A DNA stretch of 64,000 nucleotides, taken from the NCBI RefSeq assembly GCF_006345805.1, contig NC_043010.1, forward strand, positions 29,264,001 to 29,328,000, given 5' to 3'. Below, one piece after another: positions 37,701 through 51,139 of the stretch. The translations under genes were made by a program, and so were the position numbers. The notes beneath the pieces are model-generated. The model was not told the origin of the DNA and searched no databases. It was given only the letters and a program-made list of their open reading frames with translations. Each line of letters opens with the position of its first letter. Position 1 is the stretch's first letter. Source of the stretch: Octopus sinensis. Taxonomy: Eukaryota.

Positions 37701-39434
37701 ACTAGTTCTCGGACGTTTTTTTTTTTTTACATGCTGACCACTGGTTCAAACTGGTATTATTCAGTATTAATTTCTACCCTTATTATACACACACATATAT
37801 ATTTATATATATACACAAAATTCAGTAGGTATTCAAATGTATGTGTGTGTGAAGCTCCTGTAGCTTTCATACCAACATTGATTGTGAACTTAACCCAGCC
37901 TTTTGTTTATTATTGTTTTGTTCTTCGCCATATGTTTATGTGTTTGCAAGCTCTAAGTCTTAAAAAACACTTCGTATTTTTGTCGAGATGACATTTACAC
38001 CTGTTCTTTAAATTAGTCTAACGATGTAGTTATAATCTATTATCGCACCATACTGGACTGTTTCGTCTTTCGTCTAGTAACTAACAATTTCGCGTTTTCA
38101 CTCTCACTCTTTTTTACTCTTTACTTTCACTTGACGCCCACCTATAATAACCAAAGGGAAAGCCTTCTGTGTAGTTACTCGACCTGTCAGAAATAGGAAC
38201 TAAATCTCCAGTCACTCTTCTTTCCTGAAGTGGACGAGCATTGGCTACAAATTCTCATTGCTATAGTAAACAATGCTTCCTTCATTTTTTTGTAAAATTA
38301 TAATTACTATAAAATATTATCTTCATTTGTTTCAAGGCTTACTTCTTGAGCATTATATGATTGATATAATTCTCCTTCGCTTTTAAACTAATTTATTAGT
38401 TTCGTCTTATTTGAAATACTTTTGAAAAGAAATAGGCACTAAGGATGCGGGATTACTTGAGTTAGTCTAAGGATATTTTACTACTATTTCTAGTCGTCAA
38501 AGCGCCTGTCCTTTTCGTATTTTTCGAATCAATATCAATGGGAAATATCTTTAATTATTTTATTACTTTCGATCTTTATTAAAATGTTTATTAGTTAATT
38601 CAGTGCTTGTTTCTGCGTTTGAACTGCTTTGCTGAAAAGTGAAACTGTTATTACCTGTGATGTGAAACTGATTTTGAACTTAAATTGTTTGCGTTTTTAT
38701 TGTTCCTTAAATGTTCCAACTGTTAATAAGAATAAAAGAAGTATGGTTTAGGGGAATGAGTGTTAACACATCTAATGCATTAACAAGCTTACTAGAAATA
38801 AATATTATTTCCGTTTTGGGGAAAATCAGTTTTAATTTTCCTGGCAAATGTTGAAGATATTTTCCGACATTTGGTTTTATTCTGCCCTCATCAGCGGACC
38901 ATATGGGTAGTAGAGTAGGTGGAGTGGGGAAGGTTCAGCCCCGGACAGCTCTTTTATTGGATCGGCTTGTATAAGCTTAGTGAGGATGGGGGGAAAACCC
39001 GAGGGCTGCACCAAGCAGCACCCACTGTAGTTACACCACTTCATATTTGCTGAAGTAGCGCTAAAAAATGACGCATGCTACCTATATTTCCTTCGCTGCA
39101 CCTCGCCGAGCTGCAGATTAGCAGAATTGTATGTGTCGGACAAAATGCCTTGTGGTATTTGTTCTAGCGCTACTACATTCTGAGTTCGAATCTCATAGAA
39201 ATCAACGTTTGCCTTTCATACTTCTGGGGTTGGTTAGAAATGATGTACCAATCAAATACTGATCAAATACCGATTGTTCTCCCTCCTCATATTTTTAGCC
39301 TTATGCTTATTTAGGAAAATATATAGGTCGAGCAGTGAGTTGACAAAATTGGTACTGCAACAAGCAACATACTTTCTCAGTAACAACATTCTGACCAGGG
39401 CAGTACTTTTGGGTCTGTTGTATAAGCCTGTATA

Positions 39435-39633
39435 CAAGGGGGTGCCGAAAAGTTCTTGGCTTTGGGTAAAAGAAAATACAAGACAATCAGTTAATTATGA
39501 TTTTATTCAACGTATTCCTCTCTCAGATTCACACATTTATTGCAGTGGCCCTGTAAAAGAACTTGGAAGGTTGAGCGTTCAACCAGGTCTTTTGCAACAC
39601 CCTTAAAGCCAAGAACTTTTCAGCACTCCCTCA
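39435..39633. mobile_element. Tc1/mariner-type MITE
   Basis: About 29-bp TIR AGGG(G/A)GTGC(C/T)GAAAAGTTCTTGGCTTT with TA on both flanks. Confidence 0.8.
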
Positions 39634-39882
39634 TAGATAGGTGGTGAGGAGGGAAATGCCATGACTATCCTGGGTAGCACACACTCTAGCTATAAACACT
39701 ATTTAGTTGCAGCCCTTTATGTTCAAATACTGCCAAAGTCAACTTCCCCTTTTATCCTTTGCGGTGGGTTTTGGTAAAATAAAGGAGCTGTCAGCTACAA
39801 GTATCAGTGTGATTCACAATGTCCTTTATTCTACCATTAATAAAAAGAAAGTTCATAGCCTTGTGCCTATATGAGAAATTAA

Positions 39883-40600
39883 GGATCTTTACCTTTTGAC
39901 TGGCAGATTTAGAAAATAATTTTTTGTAAGTAAACACTTTCAAACTTCGTATACCGGTAGAATGTGTCATATAAAACATTTTTTACTCTTAGCGTTTTTG
40001 AGAAAATTTTATGTTTACAAAGTTATTTCATTTTAAAGTTGTTGTATTTCGGTAATTTCAACCAATCAATGACGGGTATTCAGCTGAATAAAATTACTGT
40101 TGTTGTTTGTCAACAACAACTTCCGGTGGTGTATGTTTCATTTGTCACTGTTATTTGACATATTTCATCTCAATTACGTTTGTATTAATAAACAAGTGTA
40201 TCTGAAGCATGGCACCACCATAATCATTTGTGCTTCGTTTTTCATTTTTTTCCGTAACTCTAACCCTAAAACCCTAACCCTAAAACCTTAAAGCTAAAAC
40301 CAATACAAACGCACGAACGATGTCATAAATAACAGTGACAAACGAAATATACACTGCCGATAGTTGTTGTTGACAAACAACACCTGTAATTTTATTCAGC
40401 TGAATACATGTCATTGATTGGTTGAAATTACTGAAAAACAAGAACTTTAACAAGAAATAACTTTGTAAACGTAAACTTTTCTTAAAAACATTAAGAGTAA
40501 AAGATGTTTTATATGACACATTCTGCCAGTATGTGAAGTTTCAAAGTGTTTACTTACAAAAGATTATTTTCTAATTCTGTAGGTCAAAAGGTAAAGATCC
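39883..40600. mobile_element. Fold-back MITE, Merlin-like, with inverted arms of about 275 bp and an 8-bp TSD
   Basis: GGATCTTTACCTTTTGAC...GTCAAAAGGTAAAGATCC with GAAATTAA on both flanks. The centre has TAACCC-type repeats. Shares internal sequence with 18992-19398. Confidence 0.88.
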
Positions 40601-40754
40601 GAAATTAATAATATTTAAGACAGGCCTTGTAGTATCAGAGGTTTGAGACTTGATTTTAGTTTCTGGTCAAAACTACTTCATTTTTACAACCTTTATTTTC
40701 CCTCTTCCCTAAATATATGGTAGCCTTACGATTATTTGTTATTTGTAAAGCACA

Positions 40755-41142
40755 TGCATGGCTGTGTGGTTAAGAAGCCTGCTTCCCAGTCATTGTGGTC
40801 TTGGAATCAGTTTCACTGTGCAGCACCCTAGGAAAGTATCTTCAATTATAGCTCCAGGCCAATCAAAAATCTTGTCAGTGGATTTGGTAGACAGAAACTG
40901 AAAGAAGCCTGCTGTGTATATGCATATGTATGTGTGTTTGTATGTACCCTTATCTTGACATCATATGTAAATGAGCATCATCATTGTACAAGCAGACAGA
41001 CCATAGGGAAATATTTCCTTGCTTAGAAACAGGTGAGGGTTGTCAACAGGAAAGGAATCTGGGTGTAGAAAATCTGTCTCAACAAATCCTGTCTCACTCA
41101 TGCAAGCATGGAAATGTGGATGTTAAATAATGGTGATGATGA
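40755..41142 (+). mobile_element. Diverged SINE, family A head with a GAT-repeat tail
   Basis: tggctgtgtggttaagaagc...gtggatttggtagacagaaactgaaagaagcc...gatgatga; similar copy at 55836-56230. Confidence 0.7.
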
Positions 41143-41677
41143 TTTGCTTTTTTTTGTTAGAGGTTTGTTAATATAAGTGACTCTCACCTCTCAGCATTTC
41201 TGACTTTGTGTCTAAGTTAGAGATATTATTACAGTCAAAAAGCAGCAGAAATTGTGAGTTAAAAAAACAAAACAAAAAACTAAATGCCTCATCTAGTACA
41301 TTCAGAATCTGAGGACGCTGGTGATAGTATGTGTTGGTAACAATTAGTTTAAAAAAGAGTTTGTAGAATAAGTTCAATTTACTGCACGGAGTGATGGTTT
41401 TACGTGTAGGTGGAGCCAGTTTTTGAGATAAAAAGATGCACATTGGGATTTTAATTTTCAAAATTTTTTGAATTTAATCAAGTTTCCATAAGGGCAAGAT
41501 TACAGGCGACATCTTGAAGTGCAAAGTTCCATAATCTGAATTTTCATAACACAGGGCTGTATGTATGTGTGTTTGTGTGTGTGTATATGTATAGTACAAA
41601 GTAAGATAGGGAACAAACCAAATTTGTTTCTCCATTTTCTTATTTGTATTATATATATATGTATGTATATATATATG

Positions 41678-41759
<82 letters not shown>

Positions 41760-41790
41760 TATATATATATGTATGTATATATATATATGA

Positions 41791-43522
41791 CTGATCTGGG
41801 CTGTATCAGTGATGTTTACTCCCCAATACACTTTATCGGACATAACATTTGGCGCTCCTGATGTCTTAGCAGCAATAAAGGAAATGAAGCATAATTCAGC
41901 AGTAGGTCCTGATAGGTTCCCTGCTTGTGTTTTGAAGATGTGTCAAAACCAACTTGCACCCCCTCTAGCCAATCTGTGGCGGAACTCACTGGATGCTGGA
42001 TATATACCAGAGGACCTTCTATCCCAGTCTGTTGTCCCAGTTTTCAAAAAAGGAAACAAATCGCTTGCCGTGAATTACCGTCCAATCTCACTCACCTCTC
42101 ATATCATCAAGGTATTTGAGAGGGTGCTGAGATCGCGTATGACTCACTTCCTTGAGAGTCATAATATGCTGAACCCCAACCAGCATGGATTCCGTAATGG
42201 GAGAGATTGCCTGACGCAGCTACTGCATCATTTTGATGACATTTTGAGAGCCTTGGGAGAAGGTTCCAACACTGATGTCATCTACCTTGATTTCAGCAAG
42301 GCCTTTGACAGGGTTGATCATAAGATCCTTCTGAGAAAGCTGTCCAATATTGGTGTCACTGGAAAGTTGCTGCAGTGGATCAAGTGCTTCCTGTCTAACA
42401 GAACCCAACATGTTGTAGTCGAAGGAGTCAAATCCAGCCCAGCCAAAGTCAGCAGTGGTGTCCCACAAGGCACTGTGTTGGGCCCACTTCTCTTCATCAT
42501 CTACATAAATGATATTAATGATACCATCAAACACAGTAACATCAGAACCTTCGCTGATGACTCCAAGCTCCAGAAGGTCATCAATGGCGTGGATGACCGA
42601 ATAAACCTTCAGTCAGACCTACTGGCTGTTGTCCAATGGGCGGAAAAGAATAACATGTTGCTAAATGAAGACAAATTTGAACTGATCCACTTTGGAAGGG
42701 AGGACGCTCTGAAACTCCCATACTCTCTTCATTCTGGAGAAATTCTCATGGCATCCAACAACATCAGAGACCTGGGAGTAACAGTGGACAACAACATAAG
42801 CTGGGCTACACATATAAGCAGCAAAGTTGACATGGCCCGCAGAATGTGTTCCTGGATTCTCAGAACCTTCCAGTCGAGAGATTCCCACACTATTATCCTT
42901 CTCTTCTCCACTTTTGCCCGACCCCACCTTGAATACTGCTGTCCGCTGTGGTCTCCCTACACAAAACAAAATATTATGAGAATTGAAGCTCCCCAAAGGT
43001 CAATCACAAAAAAGATAGATGGCATGTCAGACCTTGACTACTGGGGTAGACTAGAGAAGCTGAAATTGTATTCACTCCAACGACGCCGTGAACGCTACAT
43101 TATCTGTATGATGTGGAAAATATTCCACCCGCACTGTCCGAATGATGTTAGCATCACCTTCAAAGTGCATCCAAGGCTTGGACCACGTGCCATCCGTCCA
43201 CAACAAAAATCTAAATCGCATCACATAACGACAATACGGCACAACTATTTCACCTCAATTGGACCTGCTCTCTTCAACATTACACCAGGGCACGTCAAAA
43301 AAGAAACTGACCACACAAAATTCAAGAAGTCTTTGGACAAATTCCTTCAAACAGTACCGGACAAACCACCCACACCTGGATATGTCTCCGCAAACAATAA
43401 CTCTCTGCTCGAATGGGCCTTGGTGCCCAAATCCTGAACTGAAAGACTTCACCAGGTGGTGCTATTAAGTTAGACATGGCCTGGGCCAATACTGGCCAAA
43501 ACCTTTCTAAGTTATTCTAAGT
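41791..43522 (+). mobile_element. 5'-truncated CR1/L2-group LINE inserted in a TA-rich microsatellite
   Basis: RT ORF, short 3'UTR and TTCTAAGTTA tandem tail; (TA)n-type tracts on both sides. Confidence 0.92.
41809..43437 (+). CDS. LINE ORF2 reverse transcriptase domain and C-terminus, uninterrupted 542 aa, no endonuclease
   Basis: [55 protein letters not shown]. Confidence 0.9.
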   Translation: MMFTPQYTLSDITFGAPDVLAAIKEMKHNSAVGPDRFPACVLKMCQNQLAPPLANLWRNSLDAGYIPEDLLSQSVVPVFKKGNKSLAVNYRPISLTSHIIKVFERVLRSRMTHFLESHNMLNPNQHGFRNGRDCLTQLLHHFDDILRALGEGSNTDVIYLDFSKAFDRVDHKILLRKLSNIGVTGKLLQWIKCFLSNRTQHVVVEGVKSSPAKVSSGVPQGTVLGPLLFIIYINDINDTIKHSNIRTFADDSKLQKVINGVDDRINLQSDLLAVVQWAEKNNMLLNEDKFELIHFGREDALKLPYSLHSGEILMASNNIRDLGVTVDNNISWATHISSKVDMARRMCSWILRTFQSRDSHTIILLFSTFARPHLEYCCPLWSPYTKQNIMRIEAPQRSITKKIDGMSDLDYWGRLEKLKLYSLQRRRERYIICMMWKIFHPHCPNDVSITFKVHPRLGPRAIRPQQKSKSHHITTIRHNYFTSIGPALFNITPGHVKKETDHTKFKKSLDKFLQTVPDKPPTPGYVSANNNSLLEWALVPKS

Positions 43523-43534
43523 TATATATGTATG

Positions 43535-43607
<73 letters not shown>

Positions 43608-43725
43608 GTCGACTTAGCCTTTTATCCTTTCGGGGTCAATAAATTAAGTACCAGTTACGCACTGGGGTTGATATACTCGACTTAATCTCTTTGTTTGTCC
43701 CCTTGTGGGCAATAAAGAAATAAGA

Positions 43726-44576
43726 AGAATTCCATGCTGCCGATTACGTCTTATATCTTGAATAGCCGTGTTGAGTCGTTCCATCTGTTTTGACTGTTTG
43801 GATCCATTCAAACAATTTGTAATGGATAATCCCTTCCCAGTCCCACCATACACACAACATCGTTTTGCATGGATGAAGATCTTGTTTAATGCATGTTACT
43901 TGTCTGCCAGGGCTAAGCCATTCCTTATGCTGCTTCATATTGATGTACAGGCACCATTTTTCTTCGTCAGCAACGAGTCAGTAAAGAAATTGTTGCTTGT
44001 GTCCATGAGTTGAGTGTTGACGAGCAAGCAAACCGGCGGAGATTATGGCTTGTTGATTTTTGTTGTTGTCACTTAAAGCATGCAGAACCCATGCTCCAAA
44101 CATCTGAACCTTTCCCATCAAGTGAAGATGCTTCTCTATAGTAGTGTGGAAGCATTCCATTTTCTCTGCCAGTTCCTTTGTCGTTTGATGAGAATTTTCA
44201 TCAAACTCAACTGGATGGCCAGAACAAAGTGCGTCTTTGAGGTCAAAATTACCATTTTTGAACTTGGCATACCAATCATGAGTGGTTCTTTCAGCTATGG
44301 CACCCTCTCCATACGCAGCTTTTGCAGCCTTAGAACCTTGATTAAAAGCAAAAAGGAGGAGGTGTTGAAAATGCTCCTTATTTTTTTAATTGACATTATA
44401 TTTTAACAATCTGAAAATAGGCAAAAATTAACTAAAATTACCTAGAAAAGAAACAAAATAGATTCCAAAATGATACAAAAATAGAATTCTTGGAAAAATA
44501 TAGATTCCAAAATTTAAAAACGCAATAAATTCCAAATTTTAAAAGAACACCAGGAACTTAGTTGCCAACCCAATAT
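43726..44576 (-). pseudogene. Mariner transposon relic, 5' part
   Basis: End TATTGGGTTGGCAACTAAGTTCC; peptides GAWVLHALS (WVPHEL motif) and MLCVWWDWEGIIHY. Confidence 0.75.
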
Positions 44577-44691
44577 ATGAATGTATGTATGTGTATGTAT
44601 ATATATGTATATAAATTAGGGTATCTACGAGATACCACCATGTTAAAATTTTATATTATATATGTATGTATGTATATATATATGTATATGT

Positions 44692-45602
44692 ATCATCATC
44701 ATCATCATCATCATTTAACGTCCGCTTTCCATGCTAGCATGGGTTGGACGGTTCAACTGGGGTCTGGGGAGCCCGAAAGCTGCACCAGTCCAGTCAGATC
44801 TGGCAGTGTTTCTACAGCTGGATGCCCTTCCTAACGCCAACCACTCCGAGAGTGTAGTGGGTGATTTTATGTGCCACCGACACAGGTGCCAGACGAGGCT
44901 GGCAAACGGCCACGCTCGGATGGTGTTTTTTATGTGCCACCGACACAGGTGCCAGACGAGGCTGGCAGACGGCCATGCTCGGATGGTGTTTTTATGTGCC
45001 ACCGACACAGGTGCCAGATGAGGCTGGCAAACGGCCACGATCAGATGGTGTTTGTTACGTGCCCACAGCACGGAGGCCAGTCGATGCGGTACTGGCTACG
45101 GCCACGTTCGGATGGTTTTCTTGTGTGCCACGTGCCACCGGCACTGGTACCACAAAGATACAAATTCCATTGATGTTCATCTATTTTGATTTGTTTTGAT
45201 TTTCACTTGCCTCAACAGGTCTTCACAAGTGTCTCAAGAAGGAAGGTATGCACAGGTGGACTGACTACGTCCCAGGTAGGGGCCACAGGTTATGGCCTGA
45301 CTAGTCTTGCCGGGTCTTCGGATGGTGTTTTTATGTGCCACTGACACAGGTGCCAGATGAGGCTGGCGAACGGCCACGATCGGATGGTGTTTGTTACGTG
45401 CCCACAGCACGGAGGCCAGTCGGTGCGGTACTGGCTACGGCCACGTTCGGATGGTTTTCTTGTGTGCCACCGGCACTGGTACCACAAAGATACAATTCCA
45501 TTAATGTTCATCTATTTTGATTTATTTGATTTGATTTGATTTGTCTTGATTTCATTTTGATTTTCACTTGCCTCAACAGGCCTTCACAAGTATCACAAGG
45601 AG
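44692..45602 (-). mobile_element. RTE-family 3'UTR derivative with about 61-bp tandem repeats and an about 270-bp internal duplication
   Basis: (CAT)n tail and aacgtccgctttcc..gctagca.gggttggacgg are shared with 62635-62830. The unit tttatgtgccaccgacacaggtgccagacgaggctggcaaacggccacgctcggatggtg is repeated. Confidence 0.75.
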
Positions 45603-45796
45603 GATGTATATATATATATGTATGTATATATATATGTATATATATGTATGTATATATGTATGTATATATATGTATTTATATGTATGTATATATATGTATA
45701 TATATATATGTATACATATATGTATATATATATGTATACATATATGTATATATATATGTATACATCTATATATGTATACATATATATATATATTAT

Positions 45797-45833
<37 letters not shown>

Positions 45834-45878
45834 GTGTATATATATGTATTTATATATGTATTATATGTGTGTGTGTAT

Positions 45879-45920
<42 letters not shown>

Positions 45921-45921
<1 letters not shown>

Positions 45922-46709
45922 TAGCAGTATTGCCCGGCTTGTGTGTTCTATGAATTAAGCTAAACTTGGATGAAGTTCAATCAAAATTCAATTATTTTGG
46001 TTTTAAAATCAAGCATTTAATGCCCTCTATTTTTGTGCTTATCTATTCCATTTCCTCAATAGGAAGTACGTAGAAGCGTTTCATAAATTTTTGTTGATCA
46101 AATAATTGCATTGTTGAATTATTCTTTTAGATCAGTATTTCTCAACGGGGATTTCAGGGGAGAGTTTCAGGGAGTCGCTGGCGATGTATTGTGATGATCA
46201 AAAATCCGGCCTGCTAAAATTTGCTTAAAGTGATTCAAACTGCAGACTCAACGCAAAATGGTCTCATTCAATTCAAAGCGTTTAAAATGTTATGAAAACA
46301 ATTGGTATGTGTTCACAAAGTCCAAACGATTAATACGAAAAAAACCCTCCAGGCTACATCCCGAAAATTCATTTCTTTGCCAAATTTCTACAATGTTTAT
46401 GGCGATTTGTTTTTATATCTTGATTTTTTATTTTTCATGCAATTTACGCATGCTTGCACGCGTGGTGAACATAGTTCACGTCAAACGACTGAGTAAAGTT
46501 CACTATTCAATGCATGGGATAAGGCCTAACAAACACATTATCGATTTTTGCACTTGCGAGATGAATTTCGGAACAGAAATAGTGCAGTTCAATTTTCATT
46601 CGCCTAAACTTTAAGTGACCCATTTTTGGTTCTACGATTTGTTGGCTAGGAGAGGATGTGCCGGGAAGTTAAACACACAGACACACAAGTTGAGTTTTAT
46701 ATATATAGA
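45921..46709 (-). mobile_element. Non-autonomous Helitron-like element
   Basis: The minus strand begins TCTATATATATAAAA and ends GCCGGGCAATACTGCTAG, between host A and T, with no TSD. Confidence 0.7.
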
Positions 46710-46754
46710 TGTGTATATATATGTATATATATGTGTAAATATATATGTATATCA

Positions 46755-47026
46755 CGTGATCATGTGACTGACCAGACCATCAGACATTGTTACATATTGC
46801 TGGTCACAATGCGTTCGCATTGTTTTAGCCTTCCATTGACGCCACCCCGCTCACTAAGTGAGCAGGCCAACAGAAGAAAGAGTGGGAGAAAGAGTGGTGA
46901 AAGAGTACAGCAGGGATCACCCCCGCTGCCGGAGCCTCGTGGAGCTTTTAAATGTTTTCGCTCAATAAACACTCACAATGCCCGGTCTGCGAGTTCGCTG
47001 CCCTAACCACTGGGCCATTGCGCCTC

Positions 47027-47027
<1 letters not shown>
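46755..47027 (-). mobile_element. tRNA-derived SINE, family C (deletion in head)
   Basis: Reverse complement of 11725-12012. Confidence 0.8.
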
Positions 47028-47085
<58 letters not shown>

Positions 47086-47152
47086 ATATATATGTATATA
47101 TATGTGTGTGTGTGTGTATATATATGTATATATATGTGTGTGTGTGTGTGTA

Positions 47153-48893
47153 TGATTGATTGATTGATTCTAGTTTCAGCTTATGAGCTGTGGCCATGCT
47201 GGGGCACCGCCATTTGGTGTTGCTACTTGGTTTCACTTCATGGAGGCTTTCTAGCAACTGCTATTTGGTGCATGAGAGAGTTCGATGCAGCTGCCCTCAT
47301 CTGCCCCTCCTGCCGTGAAGTTGGTTCATCTGGGACACCTGACAGGAAGAGATCCAGCTTCATTTTAAAGACATCTGTATCCACCCCATGCAGGTCTCTC
47401 AGGTTCTTCGGGAGGATATTGAAGAGCTGTGGGCCTCGGAAGCCCAGGCTATCACAGAATCTTGTCCTACATCTTGATGGCAGGTTTGGAGTCCTAGGCA
47501 CCACGCAGTGGCGCCCAGTTCTGGCATTTGCGTAACTCTCGATGCCAAAGTTCAGGACACTTCCCTCCAGGATCTTCCAGATGTATATTATGGCATATCT
47601 TTCCCGCCTACGCTCCAGGGAATATAATTTTAATCTCTTGAGTCTTTCCCAGTAGCTTACATTCTGCATAGAGGCTATCTTCTTTGTGTAGCTTCGTTGG
47701 GTCGCCTCAAGTTCTGTGATCAACTTGACACTGGATGGTGACCATAGCTGAGAGCAATAGTCAAAGTGGCTTAGGACAAGTGTCTTCCAGAGGACCATCA
47801 TGGTTCTTGTTCTCTTGTTCTAAAGGTTCTAAGAATCCATCCAGCCAGCCGTCTACATTTCAGTGTCAGTTTAGCAACATATACATGAAAGGTCGCGTCA
47901 TCACTCATGTGAATACCCAGGTCACGCACTGATTGTGCCTCTGGGATTGCAATCCCTCCGGGTCCAGTGTATTCATTGGGTATTGCATTCAGTTTTGCAT
48001 GCTGATAGTATAAAGCTTGAAACTTTCCAGCATTGAACTGCATGCTATTCTTTTCAGCCCACTTGTATATTTCGTCCAGCTCACATTGCAGGTGTTTAGT
48101 GTCCTCAGGGTTCTGTATTGCCTGTGAAACTTTTGTATCATCTGCATAACTTGTGATCGTGGCTCTCTGCGTGGCTGAGGGCATGTCTGAGAGGGCCATT
48201 ATGAACAGTAGTGGTCCCAGAACAGTGCCCTGCGGAACACCGCTCACTATTTGTGTGTTAATGGAGGTGGCCCCATTGGCTACTACCACCTGACTTCTAT
48301 CCTTCAGAAAGTCATGAAGCCATTCTCCCAGTTTTCCAACTATGTTGAGATCACGCAGTTTGTGACATATCATTCCATGATCGACTTTATCAAAGGCCTT
48401 TGCAAAGTCGAGATATATCACTTCCACATTTGAGTGGTTGAGCAGCCGTTTCAGCACCCAGTCATAGTGTTGTAGGAGCTGAGTTAAACAGCTTCTCCCT
48501 GGTCGGAAACCATGTTGGGTGTCGGGCAGCAAGTCATTCCTTTCAAGGAAGGTGATCAGCTTCCTTCTGACTATTCGTTCCATGACCTTGCTGATGTGTG
48601 AGGTCAGAGAGATAGGTCTATAGTTCTTGGCTTCCGCTCTGCTACCTCCTTTATGAATGGGGCATATTTTACCTTCCTTCAGTTTTCCTGGAAGTTTGCC
48701 AGCTGCAAGGAAGCTCTGAAAGAGGAACTGCAGTGGTCTTGCTAGGACTCTCTTACATGCTTTTAGGAGGATTGCCGGGAATCCATCGGGGCCAGTAGCT
48801 GAGTCTGTTTTCATTTCATCTATAGCCTTGGTTACATCTTCTTCCTTTATATCGATGTAATCTATCGTCGCCGCCTCTGATTTTATATCTGCA
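47153..48893 (-). mobile_element. 5'-truncated CR1/L2-group LINE with one frameshift (about 47800), in a TA/TG microsatellite
   Basis: [32 protein letters not shown] and YADD in one ORF; FDYCSQLWSP..LERRRERY in the next; (ATCA)n tail. Confidence 0.92.
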
Positions 48894-49326
48894 GTGTATA
48901 TATATGTGTGTGTGTATATATATATGTATATATATATGTGTGTGTGTGTATATATATGTATATATATATGTATATGTTTGTGTACATATGTGTATATATA
49001 TATGTATCTATATGTGTATATATATGTATATGTATATATATATATATTATATATATATGTATATATGTGTATATATATATATATATGTATGTATATATAT
49101 ATGTGCATGTGTATATATGTATATATATATATACATATATACATGTGCATGTGTATATATGTATATATATATGTATGTATATATATATATGTATATTTGT
49201 GTATATATATGTACATATATGTATGTATATATATGTATATATAAGTATATATATATGTTTATATATATATGTATATATGTATGTGTATATAAATATGTAT
49301 ATATATATGTATGTATATATATATGT

Positions 49327-49367
<41 letters not shown>

Positions 49368-49459
49368 TCATCATCATCATCGTTTAGCGTCCGTTTTCCA
49401 TGCTAGCATGGGTTGGACCATATATATGTATATAAATATATGTGTGTATATATATGTGT

Positions 49460-49515
<56 letters not shown>
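48894..49515. repeat. Compound (TA)n/(TG)n/(TATG)n microsatellite; similar tracts at 2680-2760, 21035-21150, 28045-28220, 41650-41790, 45605-45920, 50210-50475, 50760-51005 and 55570-55835
   Basis: Directly visible low-complexity repeats; the source of the YI/CV/HT-repeat ORFs. Confidence 0.95.
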
Positions 49516-49517
<2 letters not shown>

Positions 49518-49544
49518 GAAGGTTGAAAAGGAACACATGAGTTG

Positions 49545-50209
49545 ATATATATGGAAAAAAAATGTCAAGGTAGAAAATGCTACACTAATTTTATAAAAAA
49601 ATTTCAGTACCAGTTTCATTCATTGAGATTTTTTCAGCTGTAAGTATGGAAAACAATTAAATTTTAGAAAAATTATAAGAATATTTGCATAGTGTTCAAA
49701 TACAAGTGGTATTTTCCTTGTTTCTGCCTGTTTCTGTCTCTCTTTGTGGGAAAACCATGCATATGTCTTCAAAACCTTTCATTCTTCAGGGGGTCAGTTT
49801 CAGACCCAATCAAATATGGCAGAAGTTCGAGAATATATCTTCCAAGACAGTAGTTATCCTGGTACTCAGTTTGTTTAACCTTGTTATCAACCAGCCCAAT
49901 ATAGTGCAGGCTGCAGTTAATGCACAACCTACACCTGAGAACAAGTGCTCAACTATTAATTTTGACAATTCTTCTCATGAAGGCCGTGCTTGTTGCCAAA
50001 AGAGTAAACAAGAGAGACAGAAACAGATAGAAACAAGGAAAATGCCACTTGTATTTGAACACTATGCAAATATTCTTTTAAAAACTTTTCCTTTCATTTT
50101 TCAAAAATTTAATTGTTTTCCGTACTTATAGTCGAAAAAGTTTCAGGTACTGAAATGTTTTTTATAAAATTACTTTACCATTTTCTACCATGACTTTTTT
50201 TCCATATAT
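49545..50209. mobile_element. Inverted Penelope-like arms of about 200 bp enclosing a captured gene fragment
   Basis: 49545-49745 and 50010-50209 are reverse complements. The left arm has a hammerhead remnant (49603-49642, minus). Confidence 0.8.
49746..50003 (+). pseudogene. 258-bp copy of the 5' CDS (51820-52089) of the downstream ZNF gene
   Basis: By-eye alignment gives 9 substitutions and indels of +1, -2 and -11 nt. Confidence 0.93.
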
Positions 50210-50236
50210 GTGTATATATATATATTATATATATAT

Positions 50237-50298
<62 letters not shown>

Positions 50299-50350
50299 TG
50301 TATGTATGTATGTATGTATGTATGTATGTATGTATGTATGTATGTATGTA

Positions 50351-50443
<93 letters not shown>

Positions 50444-50756
50444 TGTGTGTGTGTGGTGTGTGTGTGTGTGTGTGTATACATAGTACAAAGTAAGATAGGA
50501 GTTATGAGGGTAACCCACTATGGGATATCAGTTATCCACAATACATAGGCAGAATGAGATGTTTTTATCTATGGGCTGAAACAGCTGTAAGGAGCAGTTT
50601 ATTTATATTATTCTTATGGTTTTATTAATTTGCATATTGATGTATATTTTTTTTGTTTGATTTTCATGTTCCTATTTATATAATTAATAAATAATATGAA
50701 ATGGTAATATCTGTAAGTTGGTGTTTGAAATGAATTTGTTTCTCCATTTTCTTATT

Positions 50757-50798
<42 letters not shown>

Positions 50799-50812
50799 AT
50801 ATATATATATAT

Positions 50813-50862
<50 letters not shown>

Positions 50863-50922
50863 CACATATATATATGTTTATGTATATATATATATATATA
50901 TACATACACATATATATATGTT

Positions 50923-50968
<46 letters not shown>

Positions 50969-50973
50969 TATAT

Positions 50974-51007
<34 letters not shown>

Positions 51008-51139
51008 CATAGTGATTGATTCAATGAACTATATTTCCTTTATTACAAATGTTTTTAGGTTTTGTGTTTATACCAAAAATCATTAATAATAATTTTAAAA
51101 AAGTAAAAGAAATAAATTTAAAATGTAATTATGACTTCT

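Noticed and set aside
36100-38746. Promoter/first exon of the 11-finger gene (CpG retention, possible donors near 36298 and 38741)
   Set aside because: Several equally weak candidates; cannot be resolved without transcript data.
44865-45480. About 61-bp tandem units as a CRISPR array or retrozyme (CAGATGA..GAAC looks hammerhead-like)
   Set aside because: There are no unique spacers or cas genes. The motif folds as a simple GCCAG/CTGGC hairpin without a proper core, and the block is attached to an RTE 3' tail.
49746-50003. A-to-I editing footprint in the captured fragment as proof of an mRNA template
   Set aside because: None of the 9 substitutions is A-to-G and no intron is spanned, so RNA versus DNA origin is undecided.
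49685-50131. 148-aa ORF resembling the ZNF N-terminus
   Set aside because: It is a chimeric read-through of repeat arm plus the frameshifted captured fragment, not a separate gene.
48883-51086. Many ORFs of YI, CV, HT or MYVC repeats here and across the window, including the first 110 aa or so of ORF 47798-49216
   Set aside because: They are translations of stop-free microsatellites.
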